Of a stretch of 64,000 nucleotides of DNA, positions 9,781 through 19,723 are shown piece after piece. Numbering within the stretch: position 1 is the first letter of the stretch; each line of letters begins with the position of its first letter. The stretch spans positions 160,001-224,000 of the forward strand of contig CAWBKP010000024.1 of assembly GCA_963789395.1 (NCBI GenBank). The letters run 5' to 3'. Below the pieces are notes generated by a model. That model made no database searches. It was not told the DNA's origin and saw nothing but the letters and a program-made list of their open reading frames with translations. This stretch comes from an uncultured delta proteobacterium (lineage in GTDB: Bacteria; Desulfobacterota; Desulfobacteria; Desulfobacterales; Desulfatirhabdiaceae). The position numbers and the translations under genes were made by a program.

Positions 9781-11482
9781 TCATACCAGCAGCATTTCAG
9801 TGAGAGGCGCTCCGGCCGGAACCATGGGATACACGCATTCTTCCCGATCCACCCAGAAATCCATAATGGCGGCCTGAGGCGATGCCAGGCCCTGCATCAG
9901 AACGGATTCAACCTGGTCCGGGGTGGTAGCCCTCAGGCCCAGGGCACCGAATGCCTCTGCCAGTTTCACAAAATCCGGAGCATACGCCATATCGGTGCAC
10001 GCATAGCGCTTGTCGTAGAATAATTCCTGCCATTGCCGTACCATCCCCAGGTATCGGTTGTTTAGAATCACCACTTTCACCGGCAGGCCGTACTGAATTG
10101 CGGTCGCCATTTCCTGAATATTCATCTGGATGCTGCCGTCTCCGGCGATATCCACCACAAGCTTATCCGGCTTTGCCATCTGTGCGCCCGATGGCGGCCG
10201 GAAGGCCAAATCCCATGACGCCCAGACCGCCCGAGGTGATGAAATGATCCGGGTGGTCAAAATGATAATACTGGGCCGCCCACATCTGATTCTGACCGAC
10301 TTCGGTGGTGATGATGGCCTGGCCCTGCGTCAGACGGTACAGTGTTTCAACCACGTACTGGGGCTTGATCACGGTGCTCTGGTCATAATCCATGGCGCCT
10401 GCCTGTTTCCATTGATCGATTTGATCCAGCCATTCGCGCCGTTGTTCCGGCAGATCGCCAAAATCGATGGCTTCGATCAATCGGTTCAACTCCGACAGGG
10501 TGATCCGGCAATCTCCGACCAGCGGAAGCGTTACCTGGACATTCTTCCGGATCGATGTCGGATCAATGTCGATATGGACGATTTTTGCCTGTGACGCAAA
10601 GGCATCGGTCCTGCCGGTAACCCGGTCATCAAAGCGGACGCCGACGGCAATCATCAGGTCGCAGGCGCCGGTGGCCATGTTGGCCCGGTAGGTGCCGTGC
10701 ATGCCGATCATTCCCATGCAGAGGGGATCTGTTCCCGGAAACGCACCCATGCCCATGAGGGAGGTGGTCACCGGCATCCGGGTTTTACGGGCAAAGGCCG
10801 TAAGCTCGGATGACCCTTTTGACAGGATGACGCCGCCGCCCGCGAATATCATCGGACGCCGGGCTTCCTGAATCAGGCGGATCACTTTTTCCAGTTGCCA
10901 CATGTTGGGCTGATAGGTCGGATTGTAGGATTTCATCTGAACGGGTTCTACCGGCGTGTAATCAAACCGGTTTTTGGCCACGTCCTTGGGAATATCCACC
11001 AGTACCGGGCCGGGTCTGCCGGACCGGGCGATATAAAAGGCTTCCTTTAATATTTTCCCCAGATCCTCGATCCGTTTCACCAGATAATTGTGTTTGGTGC
11101 AGGGGCGGGTGATGCCGACAATATCCACTTCCTGAAACGCGTCATTGCCGATCAGATGGGTGGGGACCTGTCCGGTAATGATCACCAGGGGAATGGAATC
11201 CATATAGGCGGAGGCAATGCCGGTGACGGTATTGGTGGCTCCGGGACCGGAAGTCACCAGGCAGACGCCCACTTTTCCGCTTGCCCTTGCATATCCGTCT
11301 GCGGCATGCACTGCGCCTTGTTCGTGCCGGACCAGGATATGCTGAATGGGCGTTTTTGCCAGTTCGTCATAGATATCGATGACGGCGCCTCCGGGAAAAC
11401 CGAATATGGTATCAACGCCTTCTTCCTGCAGGACCGTCATCAGGATCTGTGCGCCGGACATGGTGTTTTCGATGGGTTTCAT
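9781..11482 (-). CDS. ilvB: Acetolactate synthase large subunit; 1-nt frameshift near 10188, probably a sequencing error
   Basis: FGFPGG, RHEQGA, TSGPGATN, RFDDRVTG, VGQNQMW. Removing one G joins GLPAAIG-AQMAKPD to the TPP motif GDGSIQMNIQE..NN. Confidence 0.93.
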
Positions 11483-11492
11483 AAATTGACTC

Positions 11493-13166
11493 CTATTCTA
11501 CAACCGCGCCAGCGCTTGCGGACGACACATTTCGTGCATACCTTGCCAGATATCCGGTAGTGATTTTGGGCTCGGGCGGTTTCCATGACGACATTCTATC
11601 CTGAATAACGGCATCTTTTACGTTCAGGGTGATGGTTTTCGCAGGAATGTCTATGGAAATGATATCGGCTTCGTGAACAACTGAAATGGGGCCTCCCGAG
11701 GCAGCTTCCGGTGAAATATGGCCGATGGCCGCCCCGCGGGTGCCGCCTGAAAATCGGCCGTCCGTGATTAATGCGACGTGCGCATCCAGTCCCATGCCGG
11801 CAATGGCCGATGTCGGAGACAGCATTTCCTGCATGCCGGGCCCGCCTTTGGGGCCTTCGTAACGGATGACGACAACATCGCCTTTCTGGATTTGACCCGA
11901 TAAAATGGCCTGACAGGCGCTGGTTTCAGAGTCGAACACCCGGGCCGGTCCCTGGTGTCTGAGCATTTCATCTCGAACCGCCGACTGCTTGACCACACAG
12001 CCATCCGGCGCCAGATTACCAAATAGAACCGCCAGGCCGCCTTGTTTGTGATAAGGGCGATCCATGGTGCGGATGACATCGGGGTTGAGAATTTCAGCCG
12101 AGCCGCAGACTTGCTCGACGGTCTTGCCGGTTACGGTCAGGCACTGGCCATGTAGCAGGCCGGCGCAAAAAAGTTCATGCATCACCGCAGGGATGCCGCC
12201 GGCCCGGTACAAATCCTCTACATGGTGCGTTCCGCCGGGACTTAATGAACATAAGTGGGGTGTTGCCTGGCTGATGCGGTTGATCAGATTCAGGTCAAAA
12301 TCAATGCCGGCTTCCCGTGCAATGGCTGCCAGATGCAGCACGGTATTGGTAGAACAGCCAAGCGCCATATCCACTGTGAGCGCATTGTGGAAAGCTTCCG
12401 CTGTCAGGATTTTATCCGGGGTGATGCCTTTTTCCAGAAGTTCCACGATCTTCATGCCGGTTTCCTTGGCCAGACGGATTCGGGCGGACATGACAGCGGG
12501 GATGGTGCCGTTTCCCGGAAGTCCCAAGCCGATGGCTTCTGTCAGGCAGTTCATGGAGTTTGCCGTAAACATGCCGGCGCAGGAACCGCAGGTGGGGCAG
12601 GCGGCATCTTCGATCCGGGACAGTTCAATTTCAGTCATTTTCCCGGATTTTACGGCCCCGACCGATTCGAATACCGAAATGAGATCGATTTTAGTTGGTA
12701 CGGCTTGGCTTTTCGGATGAATGCCTGCAAGCATCGGACCGCCGCAGATAAAAATGGCCGGAATGTTCAGCCGGGCTGCAGCCATCAGCATCCCCGGAAC
12801 GATCTTGTCGCAACTGCTGATCATCACCAGGGCGTCAAAAGCATGGGCGGTCGCCATGATTTCAACGGAATCAGCGATCAACTCACGGCTGGCCAGAGAA
12901 TATTTCATGCCGACATGGTTCATGGCAATGCCGTCGCAGACGCCAATGACGCCGAATTCGACGGGGGTGCCGCCTGCCATGTAGACGCCGGCCTTGACCG
13001 CTTCCATGATGGTGTTCAGCTGAATGTGGCCGGGGATGATGTCGTTGGCGGCATTGGCGATGCCGATAAGCGGCCTGTGAATCTCGGTGTCCGTATATCC
13101 CATGGCTTTGAAGAGGGACCGTTGGGGAGATCTTTCAATGCCATTTTTGACGATATTGCTTTTCAT
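11493..13166 (-). CDS. ilvD: Dihydroxy-acid dehydratase
   Basis: [53 protein letters not shown]. Confidence 0.97.
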   Translation of the reverse strand: MKSNIVKNGIERSPQRSLFKAMGYTDTEIHRPLIGIANAANDIIPGHIQLNTIMEAVKAGVYMAGGTPVEFGVIGVCDGIAMNHVGMKYSLASRELIADSVEIMATAHAFDALVMISSCDKIVPGMLMAAARLNIPAIFICGGPMLAGIHPKSQAVPTKIDLISVFESVGAVKSGKMTEIELSRIEDAACPTCGSCAGMFTANSMNCLTEAIGLGLPGNGTIPAVMSARIRLAKETGMKIVELLEKGITPDKILTAEAFHNALTVDMALGCSTNTVLHLAAIAREAGIDFDLNLINRISQATPHLCSLSPGGTHHVEDLYRAGGIPAVMHELFCAGLLHGQCLTVTGKTVEQVCGSAEILNPDVIRTMDRPYHKQGGLAVLFGNLAPDGCVVKQSAVRDEMLRHQGPARVFDSETSACQAILSGQIQKGDVVVIRYEGPKGGPGMQEMLSPTSAIAGMGLDAHVALITDGRFSGGTRGAAIGHISPEAASGGPISVVHEADIISIDIPAKTITLNVKDAVIQDRMSSWKPPEPKITTGYLARYARNVSSASAGAVVE

Positions 13167-13195
13167 GGGCTTCCTGTGCATATTGGGTTTTGGGC

Positions 13196-13240
13196 AAAAA
13201 AAAATCCGTTATCAGCTTCTGGGGCTGATAACGGATTTTT
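13196..13240 (-). terminator. Attenuator terminator of the ilv operon leader
   Basis: Minus strand reads AAAAATCCGTTATCAGC-CCCAGAA-GCTGATAACGGA followed by T9. Confidence 0.9.
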
Positions 13241-13260
13241 AAATTAATATTAAGTAAAAA

Positions 13261-13356
13261 TCAGGCCATTATCAACCCGGCGCCTCGCAGGGGAAGGAGA
13301 ATCCCTACGAGGACGAGAATAATGCTAATAAGGATGATGATGGCGACAGATATCAT
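13261..13356 (-). CDS. ilv operon leader peptide MISVAIIILISIILVLVGILLPLRGAGLIMA
   Basis: 31 codons dominated by Ile/Leu/Val, directly upstream of the terminator; its 3' end is complementary to the terminator 5' arm. Confidence 0.85.
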   Translation of the reverse strand: MISVAIIILISIILVLVGILLPLRGAGLIMA

Positions 13357-13386
13357 GATAAATTGAATTGTTATTTATTTGATTGT

Positions 13387-13416
13387 TGAATACCAGTTGT
13401 AATATTCTCTTGTCAA
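13387..13416 (-). promoter_or_regulatory. Putative sigma70 promoter of the ilv leader
   Basis: TTGACA (13416-13411), 18 nt spacer, TG-G-TATTCA. Confidence 0.5.
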
Positions 13417-13490
13417 GCAATTATTTTCAGCGTAAACGGTCTTGGGATGGAAAAAATGCCTTTTCCAGGTGTGAAACTAAACAAATACTT

Positions 13491-13575
13491 TCATTCCGGG
13501 CTTGAACCGGGCTCCAGAGCGACTATCCAAAGGCTTTGTCCCGGTTTTCTGTTTCCGGCGTGCGCCGGAATGACG
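13491..13575. repeat. Palindromic REP/RPE-like element (TCATTCCGG...CCGGAATGAC)
   Basis: tcattccgggcttgaaccggg ... ttccggcgtgcgccggaatgacg; terminal inverted repeat with two small hairpins. Confidence 0.65.
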
Positions 13576-13646
13576 GATGGCCCAAAACGTGAATATTTGC
13601 TGTCATCAAAGCGGAATGCTTTTGCATTGGGATTGTGACGTAACTT

Positions 13647-13700
13647 GATGTCGGATTTTTGAATTTGTTTCGAATTTCGGATGTTGATATTCGAACTTTG
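13647..13700. repeat. (TTTCGAA)-type heptamer repeat arm
   Basis: gaatttgtttcgaatttcggatgttgatattcgaactt; reverse-complement similar to 14672-14720. Confidence 0.65.
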
Positions 13701-13745
13701 CCTGAATGCACTTTCCGTTCGGGCACTAACCACAAGGAGTTGGTG

Positions 13746-14600
13746 ATGAATCAGCGAGCGGGAGCCAGAAAGCGGCGTTGTCTTTACTGTCTCGAATGGA
13801 TTCTGGTTATTATCCTGGTTAGCGGAAGCGCCCATTCCGCAACACTTTATGAGCAGTCCCGGCAGAAACTGGAAACCAGGCTGGCCGGGGTTCAAAAAGA
13901 GCATTATACGTTTGTGGTCATGGGAGACAGCCGCGACAACGATGAAATCTTTAAAAAATGCCTGCTGACCGCAGCCGGTTACCATCCGCTTTTTATACTG
14001 CATGTTGGCGATGCCGTGCACACCGGAAGTGAAGAAGAGTTTCTTCACTTTCTGGCGAGTCTTCAGCAGACCGTTCCGGAAATGCCTGTATTTGTCGCTG
14101 CCGGCAATCACGAGCTGACCAATGGGGATAGGCGCGAGAAGGGAAAAGTATTGTTTCAGCAACTGATCGGCCCATTGGATTTCGTCCTGGATATTCCCCG
14201 AATCCATGCCAAGTTCATTGTCATGGATAATTCCGGCAATTCTTTAACGTCGAAGCAGATTGATAACCTGAAAACCGAGTTGCAGGTGGGGAAATCCCTG
14301 AAATTTGTTTTCATGCACATTCCGCCGCAAACCCATAAATGGATTGACAGTCACACCTTTACCAAGGGTGCTGACGCGTTTTTGCAGACGATTTCCAGCG
14401 CTAATGTGGCCGGAGTATTCTACGGGCATTACCATCTTTATGATGAAGAAACGATTTCCGGAACACCCCACATCATTACCGGTGGGGCAGGGGCGCCGCT
14501 TGTTCGGCTGTATTTCGGGGATCCTTCCCATCATTTTGTCGTTGTCACGATTTCAGGACAAGGGAAGGTCTCAACGGAAAAAGTGCAGGTCTCGCAATGA
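13746..14600 (+). CDS. Exported calcineurin-like metallophosphoesterase
   Basis: AAGGAG RBS, signal peptide, GDSR, HVGDAV, GNHE, FMHIP, GHYH. Confidence 0.88.
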   Translation: MNQRAGARKRRCLYCLEWILVIILVSGSAHSATLYEQSRQKLETRLAGVQKEHYTFVVMGDSRDNDEIFKKCLLTAAGYHPLFILHVGDAVHTGSEEEFLHFLASLQQTVPEMPVFVAAGNHELTNGDRREKGKVLFQQLIGPLDFVLDIPRIHAKFIVMDNSGNSLTSKQIDNLKTELQVGKSLKFVFMHIPPQTHKWIDSHTFTKGADAFLQTISSANVAGVFYGHYHLYDEETISGTPHIITGGAGAPLVRLYFGDPSHHFVVVTISGQGKVSTEKVQVSQ

Positions 14601-14671
14601 TCGTGATGACAGCGGCGGTATTTAAGATTCATATAGAAAATGATATCATATTGAGATATAGTGCCTTAATA

Positions 14672-14805
14672 TAAAATCCGGATATCGAAATCCGAAACAA
14701 ATTCAACATTCCAATGTCAAAAAAAACCGTCTGAACTCACTTCATTTGGGTCATTATGATTTTGATCATTGTTTCGAACTTCGTGCTTTGAATTTCGAAT
14801 TTATT
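14672..14805. repeat. Inverted heptamer-repeat element (CGAAATC)n / (ATTTCGA)n
   Basis: aaatccggatatcgaaatccgaaacaaattc ... ttgtttcgaacttcgtgctttgaatttcgaattt. Confidence 0.65.
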
Positions 14806-14877
14806 CTTGTTAACCGTTTTTCCGTTCAGTCACTTCATTTAAAATGTCGGTCATATGACTGCTTACTATAAAGGTAA

Positions 14878-15783
14878 ATGAAAATGAAACCATCTGTAAT
14901 TGAGACCCATTTTGACGGACTATCGCTGCGGCAACGGGGAAAGGTCAGGGATATATATGACCTTGGGGACAGTCTGCTGATGATTGCCACGGACAGGATA
15001 TCGGCATTTGATGTTGTCATGCCGGATCCGGTTCCGGACAAGGGAAAGGTGTTAACCCAGATATCCCTGTTCTGGTTTGAGGTGATGAAGGACCTGGTTC
15101 CCAACCATGTCATTACCAGCAATGTGGATGTCTATCCGGATGCCTGTAAACCCTATGCAGATGTGCTCCGGGGAAGGAGCATGCTGGTAAAAAAAGCAGC
15201 GCCGCTGCCAATTGAATGTGTGGTCAGGGGGTATTTGTCCGGGTCTGGCTGGAAATCCTACCAGCAGAGCCGAACCCTTTGCGGGATTCAGCTTCCGGAA
15301 GGGCTGAAGGAATCCGACAGGCTTCCTGAACCCCTGTTTACCCCGTCCACCAAGGCTGAAATCGGGCAGCATGATGAGAACATTGATTTTGATCAGGCCG
15401 CAAAGTTGATCGGCAATTCCCTGGCCGAGCGGGTGAAGTCGTTAAGCCTGTCTATTTACCGGAAAGGGGTTGAACTTGCCGACAGCAAGGGCATTATCAT
15501 TGCCGATACCAAGTTTGAATTCGGTCTGTTGGGAAATCAACTGGTACTGATTGACGAGGTGCTTACCCCGGACTCTTCCCGGTTCTGGCCCAAGGCTTCC
15601 TATAAACCAGGGGGAGCTCAGGAAAGTTTTGATAAACAGTTTGTTCGGGATTATCTTCTGTCCATTCAGTGGAATCAGAAACCGCCGGCGCCAAAGCTTC
15701 CGGATCATGTGATTGAAGGCACCCGAAAAAAATATCTGGAAGCACTTCACCTTCTTGCAGGCCCCGGCTATGCCGTTACCTGA
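14878..15783 (+). CDS. purC: Phosphoribosylaminoimidazole-succinocarboxamide (SAICAR) synthase
   Basis: [57 protein letters not shown]. Confidence 0.97.
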   Translation: MKMKPSVIETHFDGLSLRQRGKVRDIYDLGDSLLMIATDRISAFDVVMPDPVPDKGKVLTQISLFWFEVMKDLVPNHVITSNVDVYPDACKPYADVLRGRSMLVKKAAPLPIECVVRGYLSGSGWKSYQQSRTLCGIQLPEGLKESDRLPEPLFTPSTKAEIGQHDENIDFDQAAKLIGNSLAERVKSLSLSIYRKGVELADSKGIIIADTKFEFGLLGNQLVLIDEVLTPDSSRFWPKASYKPGGAQESFDKQFVRDYLLSIQWNQKPPAPKLPDHVIEGTRKKYLEALHLLAGPGYAVT

Positions 15784-16744
15784 GCAGAGCGTATTGCTGG
15801 AGCGGATACGTCTGGAAGATAAAACCTTCCAGGTGACCACCGAAGCCCCCATTAAACCCCTTGCCGCCTCTATTTCCCGGCTGGGGGTGATGCATCCTCC
15901 GGTCCTTCTGGCTGTCGATTCTGTTTATCTGATTGTCTGCGGGTTCAGAAGAATTGCAGCCTGTTTATCTCTGGGCCTTTCCGAGATTTCCGCCAGGCTG
16001 CTTTCCCCGGATACGGATAAACCGACCTGTGTCCAATTGGCTATCGCCGATAATTCGACGCAGCGTCCGCTGAATCTCATTGAAACATCCCGTGCGATGG
16101 TATTGCTCTCCGGAGTTTATCCGGACCCCGGTGATCTTCGCAAGGCAGCAGGGGGGCTGGGGCTTCCGGACAACGATGCTGCCATTCAAAAAATTTTGCA
16201 ATTAACCAGTCTTTCACCTGAAATTCAGGAAGGCGTGATCTCGAATGCCCTTTCCATGGCCATGGCCCTTGAACTGGGACAAATGGACAAATCTTGTGGA
16301 ATAGAGTTGTCAACGCTTTTTGGATACCTGAAGCTGGGCTTGAACAAGCAGCGGGAAATTCTGACGATGATTCAGGAAATTGCTTTACGGGAAAATATTG
16401 CTGTCAAAGATGTTCTAAAAACCCCTGATATTCAGCTGATTCTCGTTCATGAAAAATGGGACAGGTCCCAGAAAACCGTTCACCTCAGACAGTACTTGAG
16501 GCGCCGCCGGTATCCTTCGATCACTTCGGTTGAAAGTGAATTTGATGCCAAAGCGCGATTATTGGAACTGGATTCCGCCATTGCGTTGATTCCTCCCCGG
16601 GATTTTGAAGGAACCACATTCAGTTTTCACCTCAATTTCAAAACTATTGCCGAATTGCAGCGCCTCCTTTCCCGCCTTGCGGAAGTTTGTGTCAGCCCCA
16701 CCCTGAATGAAATCCTGAACGGATCCAGAATTTCGTCTCCTTAG
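15770..16744 (+). CDS. ParB/Srx N-terminal domain protein with helical C-terminus
   Basis: [26 protein letters not shown] (GxRR motif), DN..RPLNLIE; overlaps the end of purC. Confidence 0.75.
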   Translation: MPLPEQSVLLERIRLEDKTFQVTTEAPIKPLAASISRLGVMHPPVLLAVDSVYLIVCGFRRIAACLSLGLSEISARLLSPDTDKPTCVQLAIADNSTQRPLNLIETSRAMVLLSGVYPDPGDLRKAAGGLGLPDNDAAIQKILQLTSLSPEIQEGVISNALSMAMALELGQMDKSCGIELSTLFGYLKLGLNKQREILTMIQEIALRENIAVKDVLKTPDIQLILVHEKWDRSQKTVHLRQYLRRRRYPSITSVESEFDAKARLLELDSAIALIPPRDFEGTTFSFHLNFKTIAELQRLLSRLAEVCVSPTLNEILNGSRISSP

Positions 16745-16904
16745 CATTTATTTTTTTTACTCCAATATCAGAATCTGCATTCCTTGTCTGAGGCATTTAA
16801 ATGCCCTCCCAGCTTTGGTGCATCCTTTTTTATTTGACTATCCGCAACATTTTATAAGTCTCTTTTAGGATTTTAAAAAAAAATAAAAAATGAACAAATA
16901 TTTC

Positions 16905-16960
16905 TTGACAAACAAAATGCATAGAATATATAGATGATTAACAAATAAATTGTATTCATT
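16905..16960 (+). promoter_or_regulatory. Putative promoter plus candidate TetR operator (AATAAAT-tgt-ATTCATT)
   Basis: TTGACA at 16905; imperfect palindrome at 16944-16960 that recurs upstream of tetR and prpE. Confidence 0.55.
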
Positions 16961-17196
16961 TTATTCAAGTGGAAAAGTCGATTACAAATTAAGAGTTCAA
17001 TCCAACTAGAAGATGTAATCCTTGGGTTACAGAAAGGAGGGTATGCGATTGGCCGGGGATCTGGAGGAAACCCGTGAAAAGTTATAGTGCATGGGACAAT
17101 CTCCTGCTTCGGGCCTTAAGAGGGTGACGCTGAAAATCTCTGGGATGCAGTTAAAAATGTACAGGTAACTAAACCTTTTGTGAAAGGAGATGAGAT

Positions 17197-18735
17197 ATGT
17201 CGGATACTTACGAAAAGGAACCTACTCAGGCCTGGATTACGACTTTCGCAGGCACAGCCATCAATCTCTGTCTGGGAATTTTATATGCCTGGAGTATGTG
17301 GGGAGCCGCTCTTGTCAGCGAAGTTACCTTGGCCCCCGGAGATGTGGTTACCAAAACAGCGGTGATTAAAGCTGCTGCTGCAACAGATGCAGATAAAACA
17401 CTGGCCGGAAACATGGTCGTTAAGGCTATGGAGGCCGTTCCCCGGGCCGAAGCCCTGAAAGTCAAATTCGGAACAAATCCAAAGGAGGGATATGTTCTTC
17501 TGGGGGATGTGAAAGGCGATCTCAGAGCCGGTGACATTATCACCAAGGCCGGTGAGCCAATGACAGACCCCAAAAACGTGGGATGGATTTATCTGAACAA
17601 TGCAGAGACGTCCACCCCATTTTCGCTCTGCGTCATCATCTTTGCACTCCTGATGATTCCCGGTGGAAAAATTCAGGATAAAATCAGCCCCAAATTCGGC
17701 GCCACCGTGGGCGGTCTGTTTCTTGCCGTCGGGTGTATCATCGCCGGCATGATGAAAAGCTATACGGGACTGGTCATCGGCTTTGGCATTTTCGGCGGCA
17801 TCGGCATGGGAATCGGCTATGCGGCGCCGACTCCGGCTGCCCTCAAATGGTTCGGTCCCCACCGACGCGGGCTCATCGCGGGCCTGGTGGTCGGCGGATA
17901 CGGCGGGGCGGCCCTTTATATCGGCCCCCTGGCCAAATACCTGATCAGTAATTTCGGTATCACCCAGAGCTTTGTGATTCTGGGGGTTCTCTTTGCAACC
18001 GTCGTGATTATTGCCGGCCAGCTCATCAAGATCCCCGGACCGGGGTATGTGCCTGCAGCGCCACGGGTTGCGCAAACCGCCAAACAGATGGCTGCTTCAA
18101 CCAAACATAACTGGGAAGCTGGCGAGATGATCCGGACCTGGCAGTTTTATGCGCTGGTATTCATGTTCATCCTGACCACCCAGTCCGGCCTGCTGATCAT
18201 TGCAAACGCCGCCGGGCTTTTGAGCAAAACAGGCGCCAAGATCCCCTTCTTTGCCGCCAATGCCTGGCTGCTGGTTTCTTTCGGGGGACTGGTCAATGCC
18301 GCGGGACGCGTGGGAACCGGTTTTTATTCGGACAAGATCGGACGGCTCAACGCCTATTGTCTGAACTGCGGGCTCTCCGCCCTGTGTCTGTTCACCCTTC
18401 CTTACATCATCGGCTCCGCCAATATTTTCCTGCTGTTTCTGGCTGTCGGCGTTGCCTACTGGCAGTACGGCGGCGGGCTTTCCCTGATGCCGTCCTTTGT
18501 CGGCGACTTTTACGGTCCCAAAAACCTGGGTTTTAATTACGGCCTGGTATTCATCGGCTGGGGCCTTGGATTTTTCATGGCCAGACTGGGCGGCACCATC
18601 AAAGACCTTACCGGAAGCCTCAACTATGCGTTTTATATTTCAGGCGCACTGCTGGTCGTCGGTGTAATTCTGGCCTTCAGCACCAGCCGACCGCTCTGGG
18701 GTGAAGAATCACAGAACGTAAAGGTCAATGCTTAA
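17197..18735 (+). CDS. OFA (oxalate/formate antiporter) family MFS transporter
   Basis: LGILYAWS, GGKIQDKISPK, GIGMGIGY, ALKWF, NAAGRVGTGFYSDKIGR, DFYGPKNLGFNYG. Confidence 0.88.
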   Translation: MSDTYEKEPTQAWITTFAGTAINLCLGILYAWSMWGAALVSEVTLAPGDVVTKTAVIKAAAATDADKTLAGNMVVKAMEAVPRAEALKVKFGTNPKEGYVLLGDVKGDLRAGDIITKAGEPMTDPKNVGWIYLNNAETSTPFSLCVIIFALLMIPGGKIQDKISPKFGATVGGLFLAVGCIIAGMMKSYTGLVIGFGIFGGIGMGIGYAAPTPAALKWFGPHRRGLIAGLVVGGYGGAALYIGPLAKYLISNFGITQSFVILGVLFATVVIIAGQLIKIPGPGYVPAAPRVAQTAKQMAASTKHNWEAGEMIRTWQFYALVFMFILTTQSGLLIIANAAGLLSKTGAKIPFFAANAWLLVSFGGLVNAAGRVGTGFYSDKIGRLNAYCLNCGLSALCLFTLPYIIGSANIFLLFLAVGVAYWQYGGGLSLMPSFVGDFYGPKNLGFNYGLVFIGWGLGFFMARLGGTIKDLTGSLNYAFYISGALLVVGVILAFSTSRPLWGEESQNVKVNA

Positions 18736-18746
18736 AAAGTAATTCC

Positions 18747-18772
18747 CCGGGTAATCCTATTGGATTGCCCGG
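18747..18772 (+). terminator. Stem-loop after the OFA transporter
   Basis: ccgggtaatcc-tatt-ggattgcccgg; no strong U-tract. Confidence 0.45.
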
Positions 18773-18969
18773 CCAGCACATTGTGACGTTAAAATATGTT
18801 CGAGAAAAACACACGTAAAATAGTTAAGTTTAATTTCTATCGCTAATGATTTAGCTACACGTTTCAATTTTCATTACAGGACTCTTGTTCTTTGCCCGAT
18901 CTGAATATTGTAATAGATGAACACAATATAAAATAATACATATTTAAACAATTAAGTTATAATTATACA

Positions 18970-19024
18970 TTGACTTAAAAATAATTAGTTTATAATATGA
19001 TATAACAAATAAATAAGGTTCATT
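18970..19024 (+). promoter_or_regulatory. tetR promoter and candidate autoregulatory operator (AATAAAT-aag-GTTCATT)
   Basis: TTGACT at 18970, TATAAT/TAATAT at about 18991-18998, palindrome 19008-19024 just before the ATG. Confidence 0.55.
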
Positions 19025-19028
19025 AATT

Positions 19029-19658
19029 ATGGGGATTCACGAGAGAAAAGAGCGGGAAAAAGAGCGCAGGCGACAACAGATTATGGTTGCCGCAAAACGG
19101 GTCTTTTCTGTAAGCGGATTCAGCAAGTCTACCATGGAAGATATTGCCAGGGAAGCTGAGCTCAGCCCTGGAACCATTTACCTGTATTTCAAAAACAAAG
19201 ATGAATTGTATGCGTCGCTCTCTGTCAGGATACTTCAATACCTGAGCATTCGGCTCAAACATGTTCTCGATAACAAGGATCTTCAACCCGAACAGTATAT
19301 TGATGCCCTCAAACAGGCCATGCTCGATGTCTATGATTTTGATCCGTTAATCGTGATCAATCTGTTTCAGCTTCAATCCAGCGAAACGCTAAAAAATCTG
19401 ACGCCGGAGCTTCTCGAGGAAATTACGGATCTGTCCAGGAATTCTCTGGAAGCCATGGCCAACATATTCAAGATGGGAGTCAAAAAAAAGGTGTTTATCG
19501 ATCGGCATCCTTTTGCGCTGGCAGACACCTTGTGGGCGTTATTTTCGGGAATTATTCTCTGGGAGGAGAGCAAGAAAATCATAAACGAGGACAAAGACTA
19601 CCTCAAGCCAACGCTTGATCTTGCATTTGAAGTTTTTTCACGGGGCGTAACGCGTTAA
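19029..19658 (+). CDS. TetR/AcrR family transcriptional regulator
   Basis: [41 protein letters not shown]. Confidence 0.93.
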   Translation: MGIHERKEREKERRRQQIMVAAKRVFSVSGFSKSTMEDIAREAELSPGTIYLYFKNKDELYASLSVRILQYLSIRLKHVLDNKDLQPEQYIDALKQAMLDVYDFDPLIVINLFQLQSSETLKNLTPELLEEITDLSRNSLEAMANIFKMGVKKKVFIDRHPFALADTLWALFSGIILWEESKKIINEDKDYLKPTLDLAFEVFSRGVTR

Positions 19659-19723
19659 TTGCAGTCGGAAATAATGGATAAAACAAAACAACCAATAACA
19701 CGATCATGGGGAGGAATTGACCA

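Noticed and set aside
10180..10195. Programmed frameshifting or phase variation in ilvB, cimA, prpE, cooC or yggL
   Set aside because: No slippery heptamers or long homopolymers at these sites; the pattern fits sequencing error.
13491..14207. 238-aa minus-strand ORF ending in ..SEIRNKF..VIPAHAG..
   Set aside because: It is antisense to the phosphoesterase and then reads through repeat elements; not a credible gene.
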